Notes: generated by a model not told the origin, from the letters alone. DNA of 64,000 bases from an uncultured virus (IMG/VR IMGVR_UViG_3300049629_001705) (IMGVR_UViG_3300049629_001705); one strand, 5' to 3'; positions 16,658 to 26,719 are shown, counted from the stretch's first letter. A program made the numbers and translations.

Positions 16658-18906
16658 AAATTTAAATTTAATGAAGCTGAAAGAGTTTGTTCATTATTTG
16701 TTTTTATTAACTCTCTCGTGTTTATTTTTTGATAATATACCGACGGTTGTGCAAGTAAGTCACCAACCGAAAGTTTGATTTCACCTTTGTTGAATTTTTT
16801 TAAGAAAACAAAATCAATTATATCTCTCGAATTTTCGAATATGTCAGGATATCCTTGGAATCCGACTGCGGATATTCTATCACCAACTCTATTGTATGAG
16901 ATACTGAATGTGTTATTTTTCTTATGAATATTCAATCCCCCGTTGAGAACATAATTTGATTGTCCCTGAAGTTGTCTCGAATATCCGTTCACATTTACCT
17001 TCGAACCCGAAAAAAATGAGTTTGTGTACAGGTCTAACCATTTTGTTATTTTCTTTCTAATTTCAAATTCAACACCGTATACATTTGCATTTTTGGGATT
17101 CATAAAAGTTAGAAGTAGATTTGATGGAACAGAACCATCAGCAACAACTTGTTCAATAGGTCTGATAAATTTTTTTCCAAAAAGTGCAATTGATAAGTTT
17201 TCTCCTACTTTGGGATAAATTTCATATTTTAAATCAAGGTTGTAGATATCAGTTTTCTCAAGGGTTGGATTACCAAGAATTTGTGCGTTTCTAATAAAGT
17301 CATAATATGCAAAATTTGCAACTTCTCTGAATTCAGGTCTTGATAAAGTTTTAGAACTTGAAACTCTCAATTTTGTTTTGTCCCAACTGTAAGATAAGTT
17401 TATGGAAGGTAATAAATCAAAATATGTTCTGTTTACGTTGACCTTTTGACCACTAAAGTCTGATGTGTTTACATCAAACAGATTATACTCCGTTCTAAAA
17501 CCACCATTTATTTTAAATTTTTTGTAAGTTTTATCAATTTGAACATATCCACTTCCCAAGTCAAAATCCGCTTTGTATCTGTCTGTGTTATTTGTTATTT
17601 CGTTGAGTAAGTCCAAAGCATCGTATCTGAAAATTCTTGCTTGAAAATTTCTCATTTTTTTAAGATAAGAACCACCAATTTTTACAGCTCCGAAATCTTT
17701 ATTTATTGACCCGTTAAATGAGTTTTCATTCATTACAGACCAAAATCTATAAGTGTCCCTCCAAGCTGTAGTGTAAGTAGAGTTCGAGCCAAGTGATTTT
17801 GTTATTGGATTCACCCTATAATCAGGTTGGTCTCTCAACATCAAATTCCAACCTAAATTGAAATCAAGTGTTTTTATCTTTCCCTCAACCTGTGAATTAA
17901 CAACTGTTTTGATGATGTTGTTTGATGAGTTACTTCTTACGTCCTGAACGTTATCATAGTTTTCACCTTCCCTTGTGAGGTATGAGTTTTCAATTTGATG
18001 GTTGAATAGAGTTTTCCAAGAATATTTCGATTCACCCAAGTAAGTCAAATTCAGTAAACCATTTACTAATAAAATTTGGGTAAACAACGTGTCTCTATAT
18101 TTGTATGCAAGTTCTGTTGATGATTGATAATCTTGTCTATCAATATAGTTGACGGTATAGTTCTTTCTTGAACTAGCAGATGTTAAAAGAGACCACTTAC
18201 TTTTTTTCAAACCGAATGAAAGATTACCGTTCAAGTTGGGGAGTGAATTCAAAATTTTATAAGGGGGTTGACTCAGTAACTTTGTGAAAGTTCTTCTATC
18301 TCCATTTGTTCCAGTTCTGAAAACGTATGTTGATGGAAAATTCTGTGGGAAGAGAATATAATCCACCGATTTGAAATTTCGAAACGTTGAAACGGTCCCG
18401 AAACTTACTCCGAGACCCATTGAAAAAAAATTGTTTGATACTTCTTTTGTTGTAATCTGCACCACACCTCCACCAAAATCACCAGGTAAAGATGGCAATG
18501 CAGATTTGGAAACCATAACGTTATCAATCAAAGATGCGGGAATTATATCAAACGAAAAAGCCCTCCTGTCAGGTTCCGTTGATGGTAAGATGGTTTTGTT
18601 AAGAGTTGCTGAATTGTATCTATCAGATAATCCCCTTACCAAAACAAATTTATCATTTTGTATGGTTACACCATTTACTCTTTTTAGTGCGTCACCAACA
18701 GTTCTATCAGGTGTTTTTTTTATTGATTCACTTGAAAGTCCATCTGATACAACTACATTATTTCTTACAGAATTTATAATCGAAACAGTTGTTTCTTTTT
18801 TAATTGCCGAGCGAATTTTGACCTCGGACATTGTTTTGTTGAATAATGTATCTTGAGAATGACCGAAAGTTGGTATTAAAAGACACAAAATAATTTTTTT
18901 AATCAA
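16654..18906 (-). CDS. TonB-dependent outer-membrane receptor
   Basis: Plug motifs DALKRVNGV, VRGLSDRY, GGVVQITTK; barrel motifs RPEFRE, GNPTLEKT. Confidence 0.92.
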   Translation of the reverse strand: MIKKIILCLLIPTFGHSQDTLFNKTMSEVKIRSAIKKETTVSIINSVRNNVVVSDGLSSESIKKTPDRTVGDALKRVNGVTIQNDKFVLVRGLSDRYNSATLNKTILPSTEPDRRAFSFDIIPASLIDNVMVSKSALPSLPGDFGGGVVQITTKEVSNNFFSMGLGVSFGTVSTFRNFKSVDYILFPQNFPSTYVFRTGTNGDRRTFTKLLSQPPYKILNSLPNLNGNLSFGLKKSKWSLLTSASSRKNYTVNYIDRQDYQSSTELAYKYRDTLFTQILLVNGLLNLTYLGESKYSWKTLFNHQIENSYLTREGENYDNVQDVRSNSSNNIIKTVVNSQVEGKIKTLDFNLGWNLMLRDQPDYRVNPITKSLGSNSTYTTAWRDTYRFWSVMNENSFNGSINKDFGAVKIGGSYLKKMRNFQARIFRYDALDLLNEITNNTDRYKADFDLGSGYVQIDKTYKKFKINGGFRTEYNLFDVNTSDFSGQKVNVNRTYFDLLPSINLSYSWDKTKLRVSSSKTLSRPEFREVANFAYYDFIRNAQILGNPTLEKTDIYNLDLKYEIYPKVGENLSIALFGKKFIRPIEQVVADGSVPSNLLLTFMNPKNANVYGVEFEIRKKITKWLDLYTNSFFSGSKVNVNGYSRQLQGQSNYVLNGGLNIHKKNNTFSISYNRVGDRISAVGFQGYPDIFENSRDIIDFVFLKKFNKGEIKLSVGDLLAQPSVYYQKINTRELIKTNNEQTLSASLNLNL

Positions 18907-18976
18907 GGTTTACAAGTTTTGACAACAATAATTAGAAAAGCATTGTCGTATAACTTGTTTTTATTGATTAAGGTTG

Positions 18977-19009
18977 TGTTATTAAAATGTTATTAAAATG
19001 TTATTAAAA
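18977..19009 (-). promoter_or_regulatory. Three perfect 11-bp direct repeats upstream of the TBDT (PhoB/OmpR-type box candidate)
   Basis: TGTTATTAAAA x3 at 18977, 18988, 18999. Confidence 0.55.
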
Positions 19010-19034
19010 AACCCCTCGAATTGAGGGGTTATTA

Positions 19035-19361
19035 TTATAATTTGTTGTGTCTTGGACCTCTGTGTGGTCGTGGATTATTAGTTTGACATCTTTGACAACA
19101 ATTTTGTTGTGTGAAACGGGCCTGTCTAAATCTTTGGGCCTGTCTCATTTGTTGCATTCTTTTGAATTGTTCCTCAGACATCGTAATTATGACTTTACCG
19201 TCTTTCTTTTCAATCATAGGTCTTTCTATTCCAAATCTTTGTTGATGGTCTACAAAGTCTCTAAATTGATTAGGTAGTGGTCTTTGAGGATTTGAAGGTG
19301 GTTGTGCGTCGATTATAAGTGAAACACAAGCAGTGATTAGAAATGAAATAATTTTTTTCAT
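19035..19361 (-). CDS. Secreted hypothetical protein
   Basis: Signal peptide; Q/R-rich; CCxxC. Confidence 0.65.
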   Translation of the reverse strand: MKKIISFLITACVSLIIDAQPPSNPQRPLPNQFRDFVDHQQRFGIERPMIEKKDGKVIITMSEEQFKRMQQMRQAQRFRQARFTQQNCCQRCQTNNPRPHRGPRHNKL

Positions 19362-19415
19362 AAAAATTTTTTTAAATAAATATAAAAAACCCCCGATTTC
19401 TCGAGGGTTTTTTAG

Positions 19416-19523
19416 TTACTTCTTCAATTTTCCAAGAAGATTTTTGATATGTGGTCCCACCACAACACCAATTACTAAACCAGCCCAAAAAGGCCAGTTC
19501 ATTAAAAATTCAAAATTTTCCAT
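19416..19523 (-). CDS. 35-aa single-TM peptide
   Basis: MENFEFLMNWPFWAGLVIGVVVGPHIKNLLGKLKK followed by a terminator. Confidence 0.55.
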   Translation of the reverse strand: MENFEFLMNWPFWAGLVIGVVVGPHIKNLLGKLKK

Positions 19524-19546
19524 ATGCATTTTGATTTTTTTGACTT

Positions 19547-19993
19547 TTAAAGATGATATCTCAATCCAAATCCTACAAGACTTGAATGTTTACCATCTTT
19601 AACAGTTCTTAGAATTGATTGTTCTAAGCACCATTTTTTGTTTATCCTATAACCAACGGAAGGAACATAAGTAAATTGTCCTTTTTGTCCGTTGAAGAAG
19701 GTAACACCCCCATCAAGACCGATATGGAATCCTTTTTTGAGGTGCTTACGGAAACCAACCAAAGCTGGAATTCTTGCGAATCCGTCTTTGTCTTGCATGA
19801 AACCAAGAGAGACATTCCAGTTTTTCTTTGAGAAATCTACTCTTTGACCCCACGCTTTGGAATCCCAATCAACATTTTTTGCAATTGGTGCCATAGCGGT
19901 TGCTCCCACAGATATGTCCCATCCGTCTTTCTTTTGAGCAAATGTTGCTAATGAGAATACCATTGCAAAAAATAACAAAATGTGTTTTTTCAT
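19547..19993 (-). CDS. Small outer-membrane beta-barrel protein
   Basis: Signal peptide, amphipathic strands, C-terminal GFGLRYHL. Confidence 0.7.
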   Translation of the reverse strand: MKKHILLFFAMVFSLATFAQKKDGWDISVGATAMAPIAKNVDWDSKAWGQRVDFSKKNWNVSLGFMQDKDGFARIPALVGFRKHLKKGFHIGLDGGVTFFNGQKGQFTYVPSVGYRINKKWCLEQSILRTVKDGKHSSLVGFGLRYHL

Positions 19994-20085
19994 TTGTGTT
20001 TTGTTTATTGATTTATAAATAAAAATCCCATCACATAACTCTATTGAGATGCGGATGGGACTGATATTTCTGTATTATAAATATC

Positions 20086-20493
20086 CTACTTGTTTGAAAT
20101 GTTCGAAGTTTCAGTTTGGTCTCTAAGATAGTTACATTCAAAAGATGAACATGTTTCAGGTCTTACGTCATAAATCATACAAGACCTAACATGTGTATTA
20201 TAAAAAATACAAGGTAATTTTGGATTACTCAAATCTACTTTGAGTGCGGGAAAATTATTTTTGTCTTGGAATGTAGATTTATTCGGGAATAAATTTTTTC
20301 CCTCTTCATAAGTTAAAAAAACCTCTTTGAATAAAATTTCGCGACCCAACTTTTCAGATAACCTATCTAAAAAATCGGAAGTATCGTGGTGAGGACCGAT
20401 AATGAAATCTCTATCGGCAATCGTACAACAACCGCCATGATTTCCAATGAAACCCATGCACTTGTTACTACAAATATTACAATCTGAACCCAT
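20086..20493 (-). CDS. YkgJ-family (CxxCxxCC) cysteine-cluster protein
   Basis: CNIC...GGCC...PCIFY...CMIYDVRPETCSSFEC. Confidence 0.85.
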   Translation of the reverse strand: MGSDCNICSNKCMGFIGNHGGCCTIADRDFIIGPHHDTSDFLDRLSEKLGREILFKEVFLTYEEGKNLFPNKSTFQDKNNFPALKVDLSNPKLPCIFYNTHVRSCMIYDVRPETCSSFECNYLRDQTETSNISNK

Positions 20494-20504
20494 AAAATAA
20501 AAAA

Positions 20505-20902
20505 TGGTGGACCCGAGCGGAGTCGAACCGCTGTCTTGTTCGCGATAACTATAAGTGACTACACGTTTATTACAACATTGTTTCTCAATGTTCCGAAATA
20601 TTGAGTTTGATATATGTGGGAACCAAACTCACAAACAACCTGGTCTCAGAGTTATTTTGGAGGAGCTCTGACCTGTGACCCCTATAACGGACTTCTGTTC
20701 CTAGGTTTATGTCCTTCCCGACCCGAAAGTTGAGTTCCTAATTTAATTAAGCCTCAACAACAGCTTCCTCAGCGATAAGACCGAGAGCAGCCATTTTAGC
20801 AAAAGTATTGCCAGTTATTATTCAAATCAGTTTTTAAGGAGTTAATTCAGCTCCTACGTGCCACCTATAACTACACACGCCAATCAATACCGTGACGAGC
20901 CC
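20505..20902 (-). ncRNA. ssrA: tmRNA
   Basis: 5' GGGCTCG pairs with the 3' end GACAGCGGTTCGACTCCGCTCGGGTCCACCA, including G3.U. Tag ORF at 20812-20747. Confidence 0.93.
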
Positions 20903-20968
20903 ATAATTTCAAATAACTTTCACAAATATAACAATAAATATTTTAATTCCAAACCTCTATTTATCATT

Positions 20969-22012
20969 ATGGGTAAATTCGATTCTTTTGTTGCTTTGAA
21001 AAACTTTATTCAGGGAAAAATTGATTCTTATGAATTGATGAATTCAATTCCTAAAATAAATAAAGTTGAGGTGAATTACGATGATTTAAGTAAAAGTATT
21101 ATAGTTTATGATTTTGAAAGGGAATCTGATTTGTTGAAATTGATAGGTGTATCTGATGATGATATTTGGTTTTATGATGCGGTGACTTCACCTTATGGAA
21201 GTTATTCTATATACACCACCGATACTTCAGAGACAGATTTTTACGAGGGTTATGGGATATGGGATGAATTAGACGATGACAATTGGGATAAATTGAAGAC
21301 TATTTCAAATTTCATCATGAAAAAACCTTTTTCACAAGATACTGATTTTTTGAGTGAATTCGCAGTGTTACTGAATAAGTTATTTCCGAAGGAAGTTAGG
21401 AGTATGATAACTGATTATGCTCAGGAGAGGGACAATCAAATGACTGATAGTGCTGAGAGAGTAATCGAAAATGACCTTGATGATTATTTCTCACAAGTCG
21501 GTGTAAAATTCACGAATGGTTTACTCAAAATTGAAATTGGAAAATTATTCGACCAGTATGTTAGTACGGGTAAATTAACACTATCATTAGAAAAAATCTT
21601 AGAAAATTTTCTGAAATCAGATTACACACCAGAGGGCGGATGGGGCGATTCAACGTGGGAATATCAAGAATCTGAAGGATTTGACACAGAGAGATTTAAT
21701 AGATATGTGGAAAATAACTTGGATTCTATACTCGAAAAAATTATGGAAAATGAGGAGCAGGCTCAAAGGTTTCTTACTATGATTCAAAGAATCGAAAAAA
21801 AATTTAGACCTAATGTTTTATATGATTTACCCAAAGACAAATTTAATTCAGTTAAATTTTCTATACAAGGGTATGATTATCCAACACAAACTATAATTGT
21901 AAAACTAAGAAAGGACCTCAAACAAAAAGAATTCAAAATGACGGAGGAAAACTTTTATAATTTACTATATCAGCCAGAATTATTTAAAGTTGGAGAATTA
22001 CATAATTTGTAG
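20969..22012 (+). CDS. Hypothetical acidic protein
   Basis: Start set at MGKFDSF after TATTTAT; the longer ORF overlaps tmRNA. Confidence 0.75.
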   Translation: MGKFDSFVALKNFIQGKIDSYELMNSIPKINKVEVNYDDLSKSIIVYDFERESDLLKLIGVSDDDIWFYDAVTSPYGSYSIYTTDTSETDFYEGYGIWDELDDDNWDKLKTISNFIMKKPFSQDTDFLSEFAVLLNKLFPKEVRSMITDYAQERDNQMTDSAERVIENDLDDYFSQVGVKFTNGLLKIEIGKLFDQYVSTGKLTLSLEKILENFLKSDYTPEGGWGDSTWEYQESEGFDTERFNRYVENNLDSILEKIMENEEQAQRFLTMIQRIEKKFRPNVLYDLPKDKFNSVKFSIQGYDYPTQTIIVKLRKDLKQKEFKMTEENFYNLLYQPELFKVGELHNL

Positions 22013-22024
22013 TACATTTGTGCT

Positions 22025-22855
22025 ATGCAAAACGATTTAAATTTCCTAAAAGAGGTTCTATCAGTACCAACAGTGACTTATCGTGAAGATTTGATGATAA
22101 GATTCATAGTTGATTGGTTAGAAAAAAATAAAATTGAAAATTATGTTGACGAACATGGTAACGTTTATGCGACCAAAAAAATTTCTGAAGTGGATGATGA
22201 TTTTCATTATCCTTGCGTTGTATCTCACACTGATACTGTTCACTCCATTAAACATTTAACTATTCAAGAGGAACAATTACCTAATGCTCAAGGGGATTTA
22301 AAATTATCGTTGAAGGCCTACGATGAGAACGGTTCCCCAACAGGTATAGGAGGGGACGATAAAGCTGGTGTTTTTGCTTGCTTGAAATTGTTATCAGAAT
22401 TACCTTTTCTAAAAGCGGCGTTTTTTGTTTCCGAAGAAACAGGTTGTCATGGTTCAAGAAATTGTGATGATAAATTCTTCAAAAATGTAGGCTACGCTAT
22501 CCAATTTGACGCTCCTGAAAATTGGATGGTTACTGAAACTTGTTCAGGTCAAGTTATGTTTGATAGGGAGTCGGATTTTTTCAAAAATTGTAATGAAGTT
22601 CTAACTGAGAACATGCATAAAGATTACATCGATTATATGGTCCACCCTTATACTGACGTATTTGCGTTACGTAGTAAATTTGATTTTTCTTGTATAAATT
22701 TTTCTATTGGATACTATGATTATCATTCTCCAAACGAGTATGTTGTTGTAGAAGACGTTTACAATGGAATCAAAATGGGAAAACTCATGATTGAAAAACT
22801 TGGTTATAAGCTACATTTCAAAAAAGCAAAACACCCAAAAAAGTTTTATTTATAG
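22025..22855 (+). CDS. M20/M28-family zinc peptidase
   Basis: SHTDTVH, GGDDKAG, SEETG, YHSPNE. Confidence 0.85.
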   Translation: MQNDLNFLKEVLSVPTVTYREDLMIRFIVDWLEKNKIENYVDEHGNVYATKKISEVDDDFHYPCVVSHTDTVHSIKHLTIQEEQLPNAQGDLKLSLKAYDENGSPTGIGGDDKAGVFACLKLLSELPFLKAAFFVSEETGCHGSRNCDDKFFKNVGYAIQFDAPENWMVTETCSGQVMFDRESDFFKNCNEVLTENMHKDYIDYMVHPYTDVFALRSKFDFSCINFSIGYYDYHSPNEYVVVEDVYNGIKMGKLMIEKLGYKLHFKKAKHPKKFYL

Positions 22856-23506
22856 AAATTTTTCTAATTTTTCTATAAAAGGTTTAACCATGGGATGGTC
22901 TTGTATGTCGGAATAATCCATCCCCTTTGACTTCATGTATTTTATTGTCTCAATTATTCTCTCTAAACTTGTCCCAACAATTTTTGATGCTTGAGGATAT
23001 TGCTCAATGAATTGGGACAATCTGAATATTTTTTTTACGTCCTCAATCGGCATTTTCAAACTAAAAACTAACCTACCTAGCATGTTTTTTGCATATTGGT
23101 CTGCATCTAATTCCATCTCCCAATATTGTTCATAAATTTTTTCGAAATCTTCCAAATCAAAATCAGAGAGAGGATTGGGCATTTTTATATCTGAAATTTG
23201 TTGTTCGTGCCTTATTTCATGAAATAAAGTGTAGAGAAAATCTCCCAAAGATGACATTTGACTCGGAGCACAAATGATGATTTGGTCTCTTGTTCTGACA
23301 CCTAAGTATGTTGTACAAGCATTCAAAAATTTTACATTATAATTAGATTTTTCTATGAAATTTTTTACAAAATTTTTAATCATAGGAATCCGGTCCAAAT
23401 AAGCTTGTTGAAACTGGGATTCAAACCTTTTCAACACATTATCTAAATTAGACGGTGAGTCTTTGGATTCGGACTCACTAAAATTTTTTTTGATTGAATT
23501 ACGCAT
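22850..23506 (-). CDS. HExxH zinc metallopeptidase-like protein
   Basis: LFHEIRHEQQ...ELDAD. Confidence 0.6.
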   Translation of the reverse strand: MRNSIKKNFSESESKDSPSNLDNVLKRFESQFQQAYLDRIPMIKNFVKNFIEKSNYNVKFLNACTTYLGVRTRDQIIICAPSQMSSLGDFLYTLFHEIRHEQQISDIKMPNPLSDFDLEDFEKIYEQYWEMELDADQYAKNMLGRLVFSLKMPIEDVKKIFRLSQFIEQYPQASKIVGTSLERIIETIKYMKSKGMDYSDIQDHPMVKPFIEKLEKFL

Positions 23507-23531
23507 TTTGTATAAATACAGAAAAAGGGAC

Positions 23532-25541
23532 TTATCGTCCCTTTTTTGTAATTTTTATTTCATCTTTTTCAACTTTCAAATGATAAGTTTTTCCTTCGAT
23601 AAATTTTCCTGTCAGAACTTCTTCAGAGATTAAATCCTCAACTTTGTCTTGTATTGCTCTTTTCAAAGGTCTGGCACCATACAATTCATCGTACCCAATT
23701 TTTGATAAATATTCAATCAGAGTATCATCGTAGGTTACTGTGTACTTCAAATCATAAAGTCTCTTAGACAGTTTTTTCAGTTCAATTTCAGTAATTTTTT
23801 TGATATCCTCTTTAGAGAGAGAATTAAAAACAATTGTGTCGTCAATTCTATTCAAGAATTCAGGTGAAAAGAAATTTTTCATTTCTTTCATTAAAACTTG
23901 TTTTCTTGCTTCTTCATTTGAATAAGAATTTGAAAATCCAATACCAGTACCAAAATCTTGTAATTTTTTTACACCTAAGTTTGTGGTCAAAATAATCAAA
24001 GTATTTTTGAAATTGATTTTTCGACCGAGTGAGTCTGTAACGTGACCCTCATCTAAAATTTGTAAAAGTATTGTGAAAACATCTTTATGCGCTTTCTCAA
24101 CTTCATCGAATAAAATTACAGAGTAAGGTTTGTTTTTAACTTTTTCAGTCAACTGTCCGCCCTCATCATATCCCACGTAACCTGGAGGTGCACCAACTAA
24201 TTTTGAAACGGTGTGTTTTTCTTGGTACTCACTCATGTCCACTCTAATAAGAGCATCTTCTGAACCGAACATTTCTTTCGCAAGTTGTTTGGCAAGGTGT
24301 GTTTTACCGACACCAGTTGAACCTAAGAAGATGAAAGAACCAATTGGTCTATTTGGGTCTTTGATTCCTAAACGATTCCTCTTTATAGATTTGACCACTT
24401 TGATGACTGCTGAATCTTGTCCTATGACTTTACCCGTGAGTTCTTTGTCCAAATTTATAAGTGATTTAGTATCATCTACAGTCATCTTGTTCACAGGAAT
24501 TTTCGTCATGTTTGAGACCACATCATAAACCATCGTCGTAGTTATTTCCTGTTTTTGTTTTTCCATCTCCTCATCAAATTTTTTCTTTTCCGAGTCCAAC
24601 TTGTCTAACAACTTTTTTTCTTTATCCCGTAGTTGAGCTGCTTGTTCGTAATTCTGTTTTTTTACAACGTCAATTTTTTGTTGTTTTATTTCTGCGGCTT
24701 TTTTCTTCAGTTCTTCGATAACTTCAGGAATTTTTACTTCGGTCTGCATACGTGCACCAACTTCATCCAAGATATCAAAAGCTTTATCAGGGAACTCTCG
24801 GTCTGTGATATATCTCTCAGCTAATTTGACGCAAATTTCAATTACTTCGTCTGAGTATCTAACCTTGTGATATGATTCGTATTTAGAACGAATATTTTTT
24901 AAAATTTCGATAGTTTCTGCAACAGAAGATGCTTCTACAATAACTTTTTGGAATCGTCTTTCTAAAGCTCCATCTTTTTCAATGTTTTTTCTGAATTCAT
25001 CCAATGTTGTTGCTCCAATAATTTGAATCTCACCACGAGAGAGGGCTGGTTTGAAAATATTGGAACCATCCATAGAACCTGCAGAATTACCAGACCCAAC
25101 TAAAGTGTGAACCTCATCAATAAAAACAATAATGTTCGGGTTTGCTTGTAATTCTTCAATAATAACTTTCATCCTTTCCTCGAATTGCCCCCTATACTTT
25201 GTTCCGGCAACGACAGAGGTTAAATCTAAATTCACAATCCTTTTATCAATTAGATTTTTTGGGCATTCACCATTCACAATCTTCATTGCCAAACCTTCAA
25301 CAATCGCAGTTTTACCACAACCAGGTTCTCCTAAAATAATGGGGTTATTTTTTTTTCGTCTAGAAAGAATTTGTGCAATCCTCAAGATTTCTCGGTCTCT
25401 ACCAATTACAGGGTCTAATTTACCTTCAGATGCAAGTTTGTTTAAATCTCTACTGAAATTGTCCAAAACTGGAGAAGAACTGTCAGAGGTTTTTTGTTTT
25501 CTACTTGTTTTCATGTCATCATCATCCATTAGTTCATTCAT
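23532..25541 (-). CDS. clpC: ClpC-type AAA+ ATPase lacking the N-terminal Clp-N repeats
   Basis: Two Walker A motifs (GEPGCGKT, GSTGVGKT), UVR-like linker, IGF ClpP-docking loop. Confidence 0.92.
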   Translation of the reverse strand: MNELMDDDDMKTSRKQKTSDSSSPVLDNFSRDLNKLASEGKLDPVIGRDREILRIAQILSRRKKNNPIILGEPGCGKTAIVEGLAMKIVNGECPKNLIDKRIVNLDLTSVVAGTKYRGQFEERMKVIIEELQANPNIIVFIDEVHTLVGSGNSAGSMDGSNIFKPALSRGEIQIIGATTLDEFRKNIEKDGALERRFQKVIVEASSVAETIEILKNIRSKYESYHKVRYSDEVIEICVKLAERYITDREFPDKAFDILDEVGARMQTEVKIPEVIEELKKKAAEIKQQKIDVVKKQNYEQAAQLRDKEKKLLDKLDSEKKKFDEEMEKQKQEITTTMVYDVVSNMTKIPVNKMTVDDTKSLINLDKELTGKVIGQDSAVIKVVKSIKRNRLGIKDPNRPIGSFIFLGSTGVGKTHLAKQLAKEMFGSEDALIRVDMSEYQEKHTVSKLVGAPPGYVGYDEGGQLTEKVKNKPYSVILFDEVEKAHKDVFTILLQILDEGHVTDSLGRKINFKNTLIILTTNLGVKKLQDFGTGIGFSNSYSNEEARKQVLMKEMKNFFSPEFLNRIDDTIVFNSLSKEDIKKITEIELKKLSKRLYDLKYTVTYDDTLIEYLSKIGYDELYGARPLKRAIQDKVEDLISEEVLTGKFIEGKTYHLKVEKDEIKITKKGR

Positions 25542-25649
25542 AGTATGTATTTTTTACAAAGATGTATCAAAAAATGTACACAAACAAATAATTTGTAAAA
25601 TTGTCATAATAATTTTTTTTTACATGACATTATGACATTTATCTGTTTA

Positions 25650-25665
25650 CGGCACAAAAGTTGAA
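25650..25665 (+). promoter_or_regulatory. Sigma54-like -24/-12 element upstream of hsp20
   Basis: CGGCACAAAAGTTGAA, with TGTCAT/ATGACA repeats at 25602-25637. Confidence 0.4.
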
Positions 25666-25706
25666 TCTAATTATATAAATAATAAACCTCAAAAACAAAA
25701 AAAACT

Positions 25707-26102
25707 ATGATTTTATCAAACAATGAATTGAACAGAATTTTCGATGAAATTTTCAACGGAACTTCAAACTCTTATTACAAAACCTCAGTAATTTCAAAAA
25801 ATTCAAATGAAGAGAATTATGAAATAAACCAAACTAAGGATGGTGCATATCTTTTCTTCGAGGTTCCAGGTTTTAACAAATCTAATTTGAAAGTTGAAAT
25901 GGAAGACGGAATTTTAATTATTGAAGGAAAAAGAGTTTATAAGTTGAACGGAGAGGAAAAAACTAAATCTTTTTCCAAAGAATTTAAAATTGGTAAGGAG
26001 TATAATTCATCCGAGATTGAGGCCACGATAGAAGACGGTCTACTAACGGTATTCGTACCTAATTATAAAAAGCAAGAGAAAAAAAGAATCAATCTCCTTT
26101 GA
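25707..26102 (+). CDS. Small heat-shock protein (Hsp20)
   Basis: EVPGFNKSNLKVEMEDGILIIEG...ATIEDGLLTVFVP. Confidence 0.9.
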   Translation: MILSNNELNRIFDEIFNGTSNSYYKTSVISKNSNEENYEINQTKDGAYLFFEVPGFNKSNLKVEMEDGILIIEGKRVYKLNGEEKTKSFSKEFKIGKEYNSSEIEATIEDGLLTVFVPNYKKQEKKRINLL

Positions 26103-26112
26103 TGAAAAACCC

Positions 26113-26670
26113 TCAATTAGTTTGAGGGTTTTTTTCGCACCAATCTATTATCAAATGAACTCTGTCTTCATCACCCTCGTTCATAAAAGAGTGAGGTAAT
26201 TTATCATTATTCATTTCCCAAATTTCACCAACTTTCATGTTTAGAGATTCTTCACCTACTTTGAATATACACCTTTCATTTGTAATAATGGGAATATGTA
26301 TTCTTCTTGAGAATTTGAAAGTATTATTTGCACTATCTACGTGAGTTGGTATAATAGTTTTTTTGTAAAGCTTGGTTAAAATTGCTCTGAGTAAATAACC
26401 TAACCCTTCGGTGTGTTTTTTTATAACCTCGGATATATTTTTCAAATCATCCTCAAAGAATACGTAATTTTTCGTTAAAACAGGATTGAAATTAGTTGAA
26501 AAAAAATCGTCATCATAAACTATTTTTATTGTTTGTGTGTTGACCATATCAGTACATGCCTTTTGTCTCAAAGTAAATTCATTCCAATCCACCTTATTTT
26601 CATTCAAAATTTTCAAAATATTGGACACGTCGTAGTTCCCATAATATCTAAAAGATTCATTTACATTCAT
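26113..26670 (-). CDS. Aspartyl/asparaginyl beta-hydroxylase-like 2OG-Fe(II) oxygenase
   Basis: PTHVD...RIHIPI...PHSFMNEGDEDRVHLIID. Confidence 0.85.
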   Translation of the reverse strand: MNVNESFRYYGNYDVSNILKILNENKVDWNEFTLRQKACTDMVNTQTIKIVYDDDFFSTNFNPVLTKNYVFFEDDLKNISEVIKKHTEGLGYLLRAILTKLYKKTIIPTHVDSANNTFKFSRRIHIPIITNERCIFKVGEESLNMKVGEIWEMNNDKLPHSFMNEGDEDRVHLIIDWCEKNPQTN

Positions 26671-26719
26671 ACTTATAATTATAATTCTTTAGTTAAAATA
26701 AAACTTATAAAATTTTTTT

